A stretch of 64,000 nucleotides of DNA from Dehalococcoidia bacterium (GTDB taxonomy: Bacteria > Chloroflexota > Dehalococcoidia > Lucifugimonadales > G963668185): NCBI GenBank assembly GCA_963668185.1, contig OY764162.1, forward strand, positions 852,754 to 916,753, written 5' to 3'. Below, piece after piece: positions 8,205 to 16,854 of this stretch. The notes below the pieces were generated by a model, which was not told where the DNA came from, did no database searches, and saw only the letters and a program-made list of their open reading frames with translations. Position 1 is the stretch's first letter. Every line of letters begins with the position of its first letter. Both the position numbers and the translations under genes were made by a program.

Positions 8205-11033
8205 ATGACAGTCCGAAACACCGACCCTGAGACAATCCGCGAGGAAGGCGTCAACGTCCTTCTCGCCCAGGCCCTCCGCGCTCACGGTCTGCAGGCCAGG
8301 GCGGAGCGCCGCACGCGCAAAGGCGCGCCCGACGTTCGCGTCGACCTGAAAACCCGCGATAGCTTCGTCCTGGAGTGCAAGTGGGAAGGCGCCGCCGGCC
8401 TCCTCGATACCCAGCTTGATGGCCGCCTCAAAGACTTCCCCGACGCCCTCGGCGTAATCGGCGTCCTCTACCCGGACCGGCTCAAGTTCGAGGAGAACAC
8501 CGACGCCGCTCTCAATACCGCTGACGACCTCAGTTGGTGGCTCCACGGCTCCCGCGGAGTGGCCCTGCCCGAACCGCGCGTCGTCAGAACGGGCTCGGTG
8601 TCCGCGCTCGCCGACCATCTACGAACGATGCCGCTGGAGTTGGAGGGCGTGGACCGCGTACTCGCCGCCGCCGGCGCCATCGAGTACGCGCTCGAACAGG
8701 CGGCGGAGCGGGCCGACGGCCACGCCCGGGTGTCCGGTCGAATCGCCGGAATCATCGCCGTCACGGACCAGGAGAAGAATCGCGCCGCCGCCCTTCGCAT
8801 CGGATGCCTCGTGCTTTTCAACGCCCTTGCCTTTCAGGAGCGTCTCGCCGCCGTCAACGGGGAGGTCCCCACGGTCAGGGAGGCGCTTGCTCAGGGCATC
8901 ACAGGGTTGCGCGACGCCTGGCAGTACATTTGCGAACACATCGACTATGTGCCCGTCTTCGAACTCGCGGCCAACATTCTTGATGTTCTCGAGAACGGTC
9001 CGGACTACGTCCGCATGCCGGTGATCGAGCCCCTGGTCAAGGCGATGGAAGAAACGCACAACCTCGAAGGGCACGACCTGTCTGGCCGGCTGTTCCACAC
9101 TCTCCTGACCGATGCCAAGTTCACAGGCGCGTACTACACCTCGGTTCCCGCCGCCGCGCTTCTCGCCCGGCTCGTTTTCCACGGCTGGCCGCCCCACGTC
9201 GACTGGGCAGACCACGAGTTCCCCGCTTCCCTCAACGTGGCGGACCTCGCCTGCGGCACCGGCACGCTGCTGATGGCCGTCGCCTCCGAGGCCGAGCGCC
9301 TTCACAGGACCGCCGGCGGTACGAAGGCCGCCGACCTGCACAAGGCCATGGTCGAGCAGGCCCTGCACGGCTACGATGTCCAGCTATCCGCCATACACTT
9401 CGCCGCCACCAGCCTCGCCATGCTGAACACCGATATACAGTTCGACCGCATGAACCTCTACGTCATGCCCCTCGGAGTGGAAGGCGCCAGCGTGTCCCTG
9501 GGCTCGCTGGACTTCCTGGGCCGCGATGAGGTCCCGGTCCAGTACTCATTAACCGGCGCGGGCATGGGAGTCCCGGCAAAGGATGCCGAAAAGGTGTCAG
9601 GCACAGGACACGCGGGCGCGGCGAAAGGCGAGACCGCCCGCCTGCCGGAGTTGGACCTTGCCATCATGAACCCGCCGTTTACCCGCTCCGTGGGCGGCAA
9701 TCTGCTGTTCGGCAGCCTGCCCCCGGCGGAGCGGCGCAAGCTCCAGAACGAGCTTTCGCGCCGCCTGAAGTCACACCATGCGTCCGCAACCGCCGGTCTC
9801 GGCGCCGCGTTCGTGGCGGCAGCCAGTCCCAAGCTGCGACCCGGCGAGGGACGCCTTGCGCTCGTGCTGCCCGCCACAGTCTGCACCGGCCCGTCATGGA
9901 AGCAGACCCGTGCGCTCATCGAGCGCGACTACGCGCTCGATATGGTGGTCTCCTCACACGATCCGCAACGCTGGAACTTCTCGGACAGCACCGACCTTTC
10001 CGAGGCGTTGCTGATCGCCACGCGCCGCCCCGCCGTTCCCGGCACAGTCGAACGCCGCACCACGTTCGTGAACCTCTGGCAGAACCCCGACGGCGTGACC
10101 GACGCTCACCGGGTGGCCCAGGCCGTCGCCTCTACCACGCCCGCGAAGTTCGAGGAGACGGGCACCGCCCTGCTCGAAGTGGACGGACGGCACATTGGCG
10201 AAGTCCTGTCCATCCCCGAATCGAGACTCAAAGGCGGCAAATGGTCAGGCGTACAGTTCGCCCGCGCCGACCTCACCCGCAGCGCACTAAGGCTTCTGGA
10301 CGACGGCGAAGTGCGGGTCCCCGGCGAGGAGAAGGTGACCAGCGTCTCACTGTGCCCGCTTGACGACCTCGGCCAGATCGGGCCGGACGTAAGAGATGTC
10401 CGGGATGGATTCGAGCCGACAGACGCCGTGACCGCCTACCCCATGGTTGAGGGAAACGACACTGAGCAGAGGACGCGCTTGGCCACCGGGCCCGACAAGT
10501 ACCTTGCCCCGCTTCCCAATCCCAAGCCCGGTCGCAAACTCAAGCGGGTTGATCAGCTATGGCCCAAGGCAGGCAGACTCCTCATCGCCGAAAGACTGCG
10601 ATTAGGAACAGCTAGAGTCGCCGCAATGCACATCGACGCACCAGTGCTATCTAACGTGTGGTGGCCCGTCAAGGCAGACAGCCGCGCTCTTGAGAAGGCA
10701 ATCGCTGTATGGCTGAACAGCAGCGTCGGCCTGCTTGCCCTGCTGGCGATTCGCAACACTACGGAAGGTAGTTGGATAAAGTTGAAGAAGGCTGATCTAC
10801 GTACGCTCCCCGTCCTCGACGCACGCCAACTCTCCCCAGCGCAGCTTCAAGCCCTAGCAGACCTGTTCGACGAACTCGCCCAGTCCGACTTCGAGCGCCT
10901 GCCAGCCATGGCCCACTGCAAAGCCCGCCGCACCCTCGACAACGGCCTCTCCCGCATCCTGAACCTCCCAGACCTCGCAACCCTCCGCACCCTCCTATCC
11001 ACCGAACCCGTAATCTCCAACCACCGGCTGTAA
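8205..11033 (+). CDS. Fused PD-(D/E)XK nuclease / gamma-class N6-adenine DNA methyltransferase / C-terminal recognition region (Type IIG/IIL-like single-chain R-M enzyme)
   Basis: N-terminal 'APD-x13-ECK'. SAM motif I 'VADLACGTGTLLMAV'. Catalytic motif IV 'IMNPPF'. About 430 aa follow after NPPF. Confidence 0.65.
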   Translation: MTVRNTDPETIREEGVNVLLAQALRAHGLQARAERRTRKGAPDVRVDLKTRDSFVLECKWEGAAGLLDTQLDGRLKDFPDALGVIGVLYPDRLKFEENTDAALNTADDLSWWLHGSRGVALPEPRVVRTGSVSALADHLRTMPLELEGVDRVLAAAGAIEYALEQAAERADGHARVSGRIAGIIAVTDQEKNRAAALRIGCLVLFNALAFQERLAAVNGEVPTVREALAQGITGLRDAWQYICEHIDYVPVFELAANILDVLENGPDYVRMPVIEPLVKAMEETHNLEGHDLSGRLFHTLLTDAKFTGAYYTSVPAAALLARLVFHGWPPHVDWADHEFPASLNVADLACGTGTLLMAVASEAERLHRTAGGTKAADLHKAMVEQALHGYDVQLSAIHFAATSLAMLNTDIQFDRMNLYVMPLGVEGASVSLGSLDFLGRDEVPVQYSLTGAGMGVPAKDAEKVSGTGHAGAAKGETARLPELDLAIMNPPFTRSVGGNLLFGSLPPAERRKLQNELSRRLKSHHASATAGLGAAFVAAASPKLRPGEGRLALVLPATVCTGPSWKQTRALIERDYALDMVVSSHDPQRWNFSDSTDLSEALLIATRRPAVPGTVERRTTFVNLWQNPDGVTDAHRVAQAVASTTPAKFEETGTALLEVDGRHIGEVLSIPESRLKGGKWSGVQFARADLTRSALRLLDDGEVRVPGEEKVTSVSLCPLDDLGQIGPDVRDVRDGFEPTDAVTAYPMVEGNDTEQRTRLATGPDKYLAPLPNPKPGRKLKRVDQLWPKAGRLLIAERLRLGTARVAAMHIDAPVLSNVWWPVKADSRALEKAIAVWLNSSVGLLALLAIRNTTEGSWIKLKKADLRTLPVLDARQLSPAQLQALADLFDELAQSDFERLPAMAHCKARRTLDNGLSRILNLPDLATLRTLLSTEPVISNHRL

Positions 11034-11109
11034 GGAAGGCATGGCGCCCCAACATTGACCGCCCGCCGATGGCGCGCGTATCTTTGAGTAGCAGCGTTGG
11101 CTCCCCACG

Positions 11110-11394
11110 TTGAACTGGAGGACGACTCAATGGCGGCCCGAACGTACAAGCCGGGAGAGACATCAGCCTTGGGCGAGGCAATCGATCGAGAAGCGAGTCA
11201 AGTCCGCAAGAGTCGGGGACTTCGTTGTCATCGACGTTGAGACCGGCGACTACGAAGTCGCCCCCGGCGACGCGATAGCTACTCGCCGGCTCTTGAGGCG
11301 AAGGCCCGAAGCGGCAACTTACGCCGTGCGAGTCGGCCATCGCGCGGCGTACAGCCACGCAGGCGGATTCCGCGTGCCCGTCCAAGATGATTGA
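11110..11394 (+). CDS. Small hypothetical protein of the kind that precedes retropepsin-like aspartic protease genes; start uncertain, possibly decayed
   Basis: 94-aa ORF with only a TTG start. An ATG at 11130 opens a different frame that closes after 36 codons. The 3' end overlaps the next ATG (ATGATTGA). Confidence 0.3.
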   Translation: MNWRTTQWRPERTSRERHQPWARQSIEKRVKSARVGDFVVIDVETGDYEVAPGDAIATRRLLRRRPEAATYAVRVGHRAAYSHAGGFRVPVQDD

Positions 11395-11521
11395 GGGTGA
11401 AGTTACAGAGAACCGCCAAGCCGTTGTCGCAGTCGACATCATTGACGGTCAGGGCCAAGCCCGCACCGTGGACCACAGACGAAATCCCTGCTACGTTTCG
11501 TACACCTCCCCTATCGACTAG
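11387..11521 (+). pseudogene. Truncated clan-AA (retropepsin-like) aspartic protease gene, first ~30 codons only
   Basis: 'MIEGEVTENRQAVVAVDIIDGQGQARTVDH' matches the usual N-terminus of these ~130-aa proteins. It stops before the expected DTG-type motif and runs into the 65-bp repeat at 11501. Confidence 0.45.
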
Positions 11522-11565
11522 ACGGTAGGGCCGAGACCGCCCTTGCGGCGGTCTCTGTCTTTGTC
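11501..11565. repeat. 65-bp repeat, copy 1, containing the hairpin GAGACCGCC-CTTG-CGGCGGTCTC
   Basis: Near-identical to 11632-11696 ('...cccctatcg...ggtagggycgagaccgcccttgcggcggtctctgtctttgtc'). Confidence 0.85.
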
Positions 11566-11631
11566 CTGCCGAGTACGTGCGGCAAGGGCATCACGCCCTT
11601 GACCGGAGTCCCAGTTGACGGTACCATTGAG

Positions 11632-11696
11632 CATACTTCCCCTATCGCTTCGCCGGTAGGGTCGAGACCGCCCTTGCGGCGGTCTCTGTCTTTGTC
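11632..11696. repeat. 65-bp repeat, copy 2
   Basis: Direct repeat of 11501-11565 with the same perfect stem-loop. Confidence 0.85.
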
Positions 11697-11708
11697 TGAG
11701 ATTAGCGA

Positions 11709-12338
11709 TTGATCACCAACCTCTACATCGACGGGTTCAATCTTTACTACCGTGCCCTTAAGGACTCACCGTTCAGATGGCTTGACCTGCGCAAGCTAGC
11801 CGCTAACCTCTTCCCAAACGACAACATCCACAGGGTCTGCTACTTCACTGCCAGACTTGACGCTCGTCCAAGTAACCCAGGCCAACCACGCCGGCAACTG
11901 ATCTACCTGAGAGCCTTGGACACCCTGCCGAACCTCGAAATTCACTACGGTGCCTTCCGGTCCGGCACACAGCGCCGCCCACTGGCTGAGCAGGTCTCAG
12001 GCCTGCCGAGACACGTTCTTGTAAGAGACTCGGAAGAGAAGGGATCGGACGTGAATCTTGCCACCCGTCTCTTGGTGGACGGCTTCAACGGAGAGTACGA
12101 ACAGGCGGCGGTCGTATCCAACGACGCGGACTTCGCCGGCGCCATGCGATATGTGAGAGACGGCCTAGGCCTGCGCGTCACTCTCGTCAACCCGGACTCC
12201 AAGAGAGTCAGTTCTAAAGAGTTAGCAGAGGCTGCGACTTACGTAAAACGACTTTGGAAGAGCCACCTGAGGCGCAGCCTGCTTCCCGATACCCTCACTG
12301 ACGACATCGGTACCATCACCAAGCCCCGCGGCTGGTAA
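11709..12338 (+). CDS. NYN-domain (LabA/DUF88-like) putative ribonuclease
   Basis: 'ITNLYIDGFNLYYRAL...', 'GSDVNLATRLL' and 'AAVVSNDADFAGAM' match the NYN acidic motifs. TTG start. Confidence 0.7.
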   Translation: MITNLYIDGFNLYYRALKDSPFRWLDLRKLAANLFPNDNIHRVCYFTARLDARPSNPGQPRRQLIYLRALDTLPNLEIHYGAFRSGTQRRPLAEQVSGLPRHVLVRDSEEKGSDVNLATRLLVDGFNGEYEQAAVVSNDADFAGAMRYVRDGLGLRVTLVNPDSKRVSSKELAEAATYVKRLWKSHLRRSLLPDTLTDDIGTITKPRGW

Positions 12339-12524
12339 CGCACGCCGATTCCGCGCACCCGCCCAGGACGTTGAGGGCGAAGCCGCCGCAAGCCGTCGCC
12401 CCACACCCCCACATCGACCGCGCCACATTTCGACCCACCCTCTCCCACTCAGCACCCAGCCGGTAACCAAAACGTGTTCATCCAAACCCATCCAGTCCCA
12501 CCCAGTCCCACCCGTTCCCTTCAC

Positions 12525-12635
12525 TCCGACCCCACCGTAGGGCCGAAACCCGCGCGCCCTAACCCCGCCGTAGGGGCGCTTCGCGAAGCGCCCTTCCCCC
12601 GCTCGCCCTGAGCCCGTCGAAGGGGACCGTCAAAC
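12525..12635. repeat. Cluster of GC-rich palindromic interspersed repeats (families A and B)
   Basis: Family A: GGGGCGCTTCGCGAAGCGCCC at 12573-12593. Family B: GCCCTGAGCCCGTCGAAGGGG. The same units recur at 14395-14525, 29626-29655, 59027-59046 and 60559-60585. Confidence 0.85.
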
Positions 12636-12877
12636 CATAAACGCACCGGCCCCTTCCCTTCTGCGAACGAGCGTGCTATTATAGACCCATGATCGCAATA
12701 ACACACATCCGAGGCGTACCGCAGCGCGGCCCAGCGCTGGCCCTCGCGCTCATTCGAGCCGCCCTCCTTGGCTGTCACAAAGTGTCACATCTCGTACGCA
12801 AATTGGCTTATGCAGGCATCATTTCGTACACATTTCGTCCCACGAGCGAACGCTCCCCAGATACGAAAAGTGACAGA

Positions 12878-13342
12878 ATGTTACGGAACGTGACACATCT
12901 TTCAAAAGCCAGCCGCCGCGCTCGCCCCACCGTGCTACGCCTGCCCAGGTACCACCCGCCCACGAAGTCCGAGCGGCCGCCCGGCGAGCGCCTGCTGGTG
13001 TACGACGGCGAGTGCGGCTTCTGCAGCCGGTCCGCCGCGTTCGTGCGTCGAAGGGCGCGCGTGCCGGTGACGCTCGTGCCGTTCTCAGAGCTCGACGGCT
13101 GGCCCGTGCTAACGACGCTGGACCCCGAGCAGGTCGCCCGCAGCTCCCACTACGTCACGCCCGAAGGCGTCGAGTACCACGGCGGCGAGAGCATCACCCG
13201 CTCGCTGCGCCTCGTCCCGTTCGGCGCAGCCGCCGCGCCCCTCGATCTGTGGGGCCTCGCCCTGCTGCGCGAGTTGCTGTACGCGCTCGTCGCCGGAAAC
13301 CGCTCGCTCCTCTCAGTTCCGTTCACCCTGACCCCGCCGTAG
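12878..13342 (+). CDS. DCC-family thiol-disulfide oxidoreductase (DUF393)
   Basis: 'LLVYDGECGFCSRSAAFV' is the DCC motif. Start taken at the ATG at 12878 within the longer ORF. Confidence 0.65.
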   Translation: MLRNVTHLSKASRRARPTVLRLPRYHPPTKSERPPGERLLVYDGECGFCSRSAAFVRRRARVPVTLVPFSELDGWPVLTTLDPEQVARSSHYVTPEGVEYHGGESITRSLRLVPFGAAAAPLDLWGLALLRELLYALVAGNRSLLSVPFTLTPP

Positions 13343-13403
13343 GGTAGTACAATAACGGCATCCTGTAGCCTCAGTGCCTGCCAGATCACAGCAAGGAGCG
13401 GTC

Positions 13404-14393
13404 ATGGAGCAACGGCAATTCGGAGACAGCGACCTCTACACCTCCCCCATCGGTTTCGGCACCTGGGAGATGAGCATCAACTCATACGGCCACATCGACG
13501 TGGACGAGGCGGCGGAGGCGGTCCGCCAGGCTATCGATCACGGCATCACCCTATTCGACACCGCAGAGGTGTACGGCCCGTACCACTCTGAAGAGCTCCT
13601 GGCAAAGGCCCTCGGCGACAGAAGGAAGGACATCGTCCTCGTCAGCAAGGTCGGCTTCGATTACGACGACGAAGGCAAGAACCTGGGTCGCAACTCCAAG
13701 CACGACCACGTGATCGAGCGCACGGAGGGCTGTCTCCGCAGGCTGGAGACCGACTTCCTGGACCTGCTGCTGATCCACTGGCCCGATCACGACACGCCCT
13801 TTGAAGAGACGATGCGCGCCCTGAACAAGCTGAAGGACGACGGCAAGATCCGCCACTACGGGGTGTCGAACTTCACGCCCGAAATGATGGACGAGTGCGA
13901 GAAGTACGGCCACCTCGCCGCCAACCAGGTCGGCTATCACATGTTCGACCGCCGGATGGAGTCGGCAGTCCTGCCTTACTGCCTGGACAAGAAGATCGGG
14001 TTCATGGCGTACGGCTCGCTCGCGTTCGGCCTTCTAGCCGGCGCATTCACCCCGGAAACGACGTTCGGCGAAGGCGACTGGAGAAGCGGAGGCCTCGCGT
14101 TCGAACTGCCCCTGTTCCAGGAAGCGGAGTTCGCCAAGGAACTCAAGGTCGTCGAAAGGCTCAAGACCATCGCCGCCCGTTACGACAGATCGGTCGCGCA
14201 GCTTGCCATAGCCTGGACCGTCGGGCACCCGGCAGTGACCGTCGGCCTCGTCGGCATGCGCAACGAGCGTGAGCTAAAAGAAAACGTAGCCGCCGCCGGC
14301 TGGGAGCTGGACGCCGAAGTCCGCGAAGAGATAGACGCCATCTTCACCGAAGAAGGCGTCCCCACCCACACAGACACGCCCCAAGCCATCTAA
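13404..14393 (+). CDS. Aldo/keto reductase
   Basis: ATG preceded by AAGGAG. 'IGFGTWEMS...', 'FDTAEVYG' and 'LLLIHWPD' are AKR signatures. Confidence 0.9.
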   Translation: MEQRQFGDSDLYTSPIGFGTWEMSINSYGHIDVDEAAEAVRQAIDHGITLFDTAEVYGPYHSEELLAKALGDRRKDIVLVSKVGFDYDDEGKNLGRNSKHDHVIERTEGCLRRLETDFLDLLLIHWPDHDTPFEETMRALNKLKDDGKIRHYGVSNFTPEMMDECEKYGHLAANQVGYHMFDRRMESAVLPYCLDKKIGFMAYGSLAFGLLAGAFTPETTFGEGDWRSGGLAFELPLFQEAEFAKELKVVERLKTIAARYDRSVAQLAIAWTVGHPAVTVGLVGMRNERELKENVAAAGWELDAEVREEIDAIFTEEGVPTHTDTPQAI

Positions 14394-14394
14394 A

Positions 14395-14525
14395 GGGAAA
14401 CCCCGTTCGCCCTGAGCCTGTCGAAGGGCCGAATTCCGTCCACCCTGACCCCACCGTAGGGGCGCTTCGCGAAGCGCCCTTTCCCCGTTCGCCCTGAGCC
14501 TGTCGAAGGGCCGAAGCGCCCCTCC
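14395..14525. repeat. Cluster of palindromic interspersed repeats (B-A-B)
   Basis: TTCGCCCTGAGCCTGTCGAAGGGCCG occurs twice, at 14406-14431 and 14487-14512, flanking GGGGCGCTTCGCGAAGCGCCC at 14459-14479. Confidence 0.9.
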
Positions 14526-16268
14526 CTAGCCGAGCCCGCTCACCGTCACTGTGACGATGTTCACGCCGTGATACTTCTGGTGCCGCACCGAAGACGCGTA
14601 GTGCCTCAACAGCCGGAACGAAATCTCCCGCCCGTCCGTAATCTCCGGAGCGTCCCCCAGGTACGCGAGCTTGTCTTCTAGGTTCTCGCCCTCCGTGCCG
14701 GAGATGAACTCGAGCTCGGCCTCGCCGGCGCCCGCGCGGGCCAGCACGACGAGCCGGCCCGCCCTGCCCTCTTCTTCTAACGCCCCGTCCTCCGACTCCA
14801 AGCTTGTGAGCGTCTCCTCGCCGACAAGTACCAGCCGTTCGGTCGAGGCCGCGTCCCAGCCGGCCCTCGAAGCAAAGCCCTGCAAGAACTCTCCTAGCCT
14901 CGGCAGGGAGTCCGGAGTCAACTCAACCTCCAGCCGCTGGCGGCGGGGGGCCGTTAGCTCCATGAACACCATCATGATGATCGCGACCAGCGCGCCGGAG
15001 GTCATGCCGTTCCCAAACAGCACTCCGAGGAAGCCCTCTCCAAGCAGGTCAGGGAAGATCCACTGGTTCTGGAAACCGACTCCGATCCAGAACGCCAGCC
15101 CCGTAACGGCGGCCTTCCTGTGATCGACGCCGTCCTGGATGACGATCCTCATGCCCTGAACGAACAGCAGCCCGATCAGCACCGTTATGTACGCCGCCGC
15201 CACCGGGCCCGGGATGGCTATCAGCAGGGCCGTGAACTTCGGGAAGAACGCCAGCGCCAGGAACAGGGCGCCAATGACCACTCCGACGCGCCGGGCCCCG
15301 ATGCCCGTGATCTCGGCCAGCGAAATGCTGGAAGAGTAGGTGGTGTTCGGCAGCGTCCCGAGCAGGCCGGACAGGAGGTTTCCCAGCCCGTCCGCATTCA
15401 ACGCGCCCTGCACCACCCTGAAGTCGGTCGCCTGCGGGTTGCGCCTCGACACCCTCTGGATCGCCACTCCGTCGCCGACCGTCTCGATCGCGCCCACCAG
15501 CGTCACCACGATGAATGCCGGCAGGAGCGCCCCGAACGTGGCGTCCGGCGTCACGTCAAGGCCCGGCCAGGATCCAAAAGGAACGCCCACCCACGGCGCT
15601 TCGGCGATCTGATCGACGTCGTACAGCCCGAACGGCGCGCCCACGACGCAGCCCACCACGATGCCGATGACCGGCGACCACAGCCGCAGCGCGGGAGGGC
15701 CGCGCAACACGAGCACGGCCACGGTCACTAGCGTGGCCAGCGCAGCGGCGGGAGCGGCGGCCGTCGATACGCCTTCCGGGGTCTCCCTCAGCGTGTCGAA
15801 CACTATCGGCATCACCGTCGCCGCGATCAGCATGATCACCGTGCCGGACACGACCGGAGTGAAGATGCGCCGGAGCAGCGAGAGCCGGGCGGCCATCGCG
15901 AACTGGAAGATCGACGATATGACGATCAGGCTCGCCATAGTGGACGGCCCGCCCTCAACGAGCGCCGCGACGCACACCGCGATGAACGCGCCGGACGTGC
16001 CCATGATGAGCACGTGCCCCGAGCCGATCCGGCCGACGCGGACAGCCTGGAGGATCGTCGTGGCCCCGCTCACTATCAGCGCCGCGAACACTCCCCATGA
16101 CAGGTAGCCGTCCGGCTGGTCCGCGATGCGGAAGACGATGACCACCGTCAGGACGACGGGCGCAACGATCAGCAGCGCGGCCTGGAGACCCGCGCCGATG
16201 GCTACCGCGTGCGGCGGTATCTCATCCGGCTCGTATCGTACGTTGTCGCTCACGTTTGCCGATGCCAT
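14526..16268 (-). CDS. NCS2 (xanthine/uracil/vitamin C) family permease with a ~135-aa cytoplasmic C-terminal extension
   Basis: Multi-TM ORF with purine-permease-like segments ('...LPNTTYSSSISLAEITG...'). A soluble tail follows the last TM helix. Confidence 0.7.
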   Translation of the reverse strand: MASANVSDNVRYEPDEIPPHAVAIGAGLQAALLIVAPVVLTVVIVFRIADQPDGYLSWGVFAALIVSGATTILQAVRVGRIGSGHVLIMGTSGAFIAVCVAALVEGGPSTMASLIVISSIFQFAMAARLSLLRRIFTPVVSGTVIMLIAATVMPIVFDTLRETPEGVSTAAAPAAALATLVTVAVLVLRGPPALRLWSPVIGIVVGCVVGAPFGLYDVDQIAEAPWVGVPFGSWPGLDVTPDATFGALLPAFIVVTLVGAIETVGDGVAIQRVSRRNPQATDFRVVQGALNADGLGNLLSGLLGTLPNTTYSSSISLAEITGIGARRVGVVIGALFLALAFFPKFTALLIAIPGPVAAAYITVLIGLLFVQGMRIVIQDGVDHRKAAVTGLAFWIGVGFQNQWIFPDLLGEGFLGVLFGNGMTSGALVAIIMMVFMELTAPRRQRLEVELTPDSLPRLGEFLQGFASRAGWDAASTERLVLVGEETLTSLESEDGALEEEGRAGRLVVLARAGAGEAELEFISGTEGENLEDKLAYLGDAPEITDGREISFRLLRHYASSVRHQKYHGVNIVTVTVSGLG

Positions 16269-16269
16269 A

Positions 16270-16752
16270 TCAAAACAGCTTTTCCCCGGGCAACTCCGAC
16301 GCCTGCCGGATCCATCCCGCCACCAACTCTTCGTCTAACTGGTCATCCTCGTGAATATGGAAGTAGCGCACGTCGTCGTGCTTGGACTCGACCGGCGGAA
16401 GCGGACTGAGAGACGCGCCATTGAGGAAAGTGACCTTGATGTACCTCGTAAAGCAATGATAGCCGAGGAACCAGCCCTGGCCTTCGACGCCGTAGAAGGG
16501 CGTGTTCCACCTCACGGCCTTGCGGACGTCGGGCACGGTGCGCACGATGAGGTCGTCGAGGCGGCGCCCTGCGTCGCTCTTCCAGCCGGGCATCGCGGCA
16601 ATATACGCCTGCACCGGGGCGTCGCCGTCGGCCTTCGCTATCTGCGGGTTGCCGCCTGAAAGGAGCGCCGGCTTCGCGCCGTCCCCCTTGGTATCGGCGT
16701 TCTTTGCGGCTTTCGCTGGCTTCTCAGGCGGCTTGCGGACCACTGCGTTCAC
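16270..16752 (-). CDS. DUF1801 (YdhG-like) domain protein
   Basis: 'VQAYIAAMPGWKSDAGRRLDDLIVRTVPDVRKAVRWNTPFYG'. Start trimmed to the GTG at 16752 to avoid overlap with the divergent gene; the start is uncertain. Confidence 0.5.
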   Translation of the reverse strand: MNAVVRKPPEKPAKAAKNADTKGDGAKPALLSGGNPQIAKADGDAPVQAYIAAMPGWKSDAGRRLDDLIVRTVPDVRKAVRWNTPFYGVEGQGWFLGYHCFTRYIKVTFLNGASLSPLPPVESKHDDVRYFHIHEDDQLDEELVAGWIRQASELPGEKLF

Positions 16753-16854
16753 TCCAATTCGCGCTTCACGCGTATGATACCCTCTTAGAGTATCAAAGCC
16801 ACCCGAAAAGAGCGCCCGCAAATGCGCCCGCACCCAATCGCGAGGTCCTCACAA

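Noticed and set aside
12222-12778. 100-aa and 85-aa minus-strand ORFs between the NYN and DCC genes.
   Set aside because: They are composed largely of translated palindromic repeats (families A and B) and a short CAGTCCCACCC duplication. Neither has an RBS or recognisable fold.
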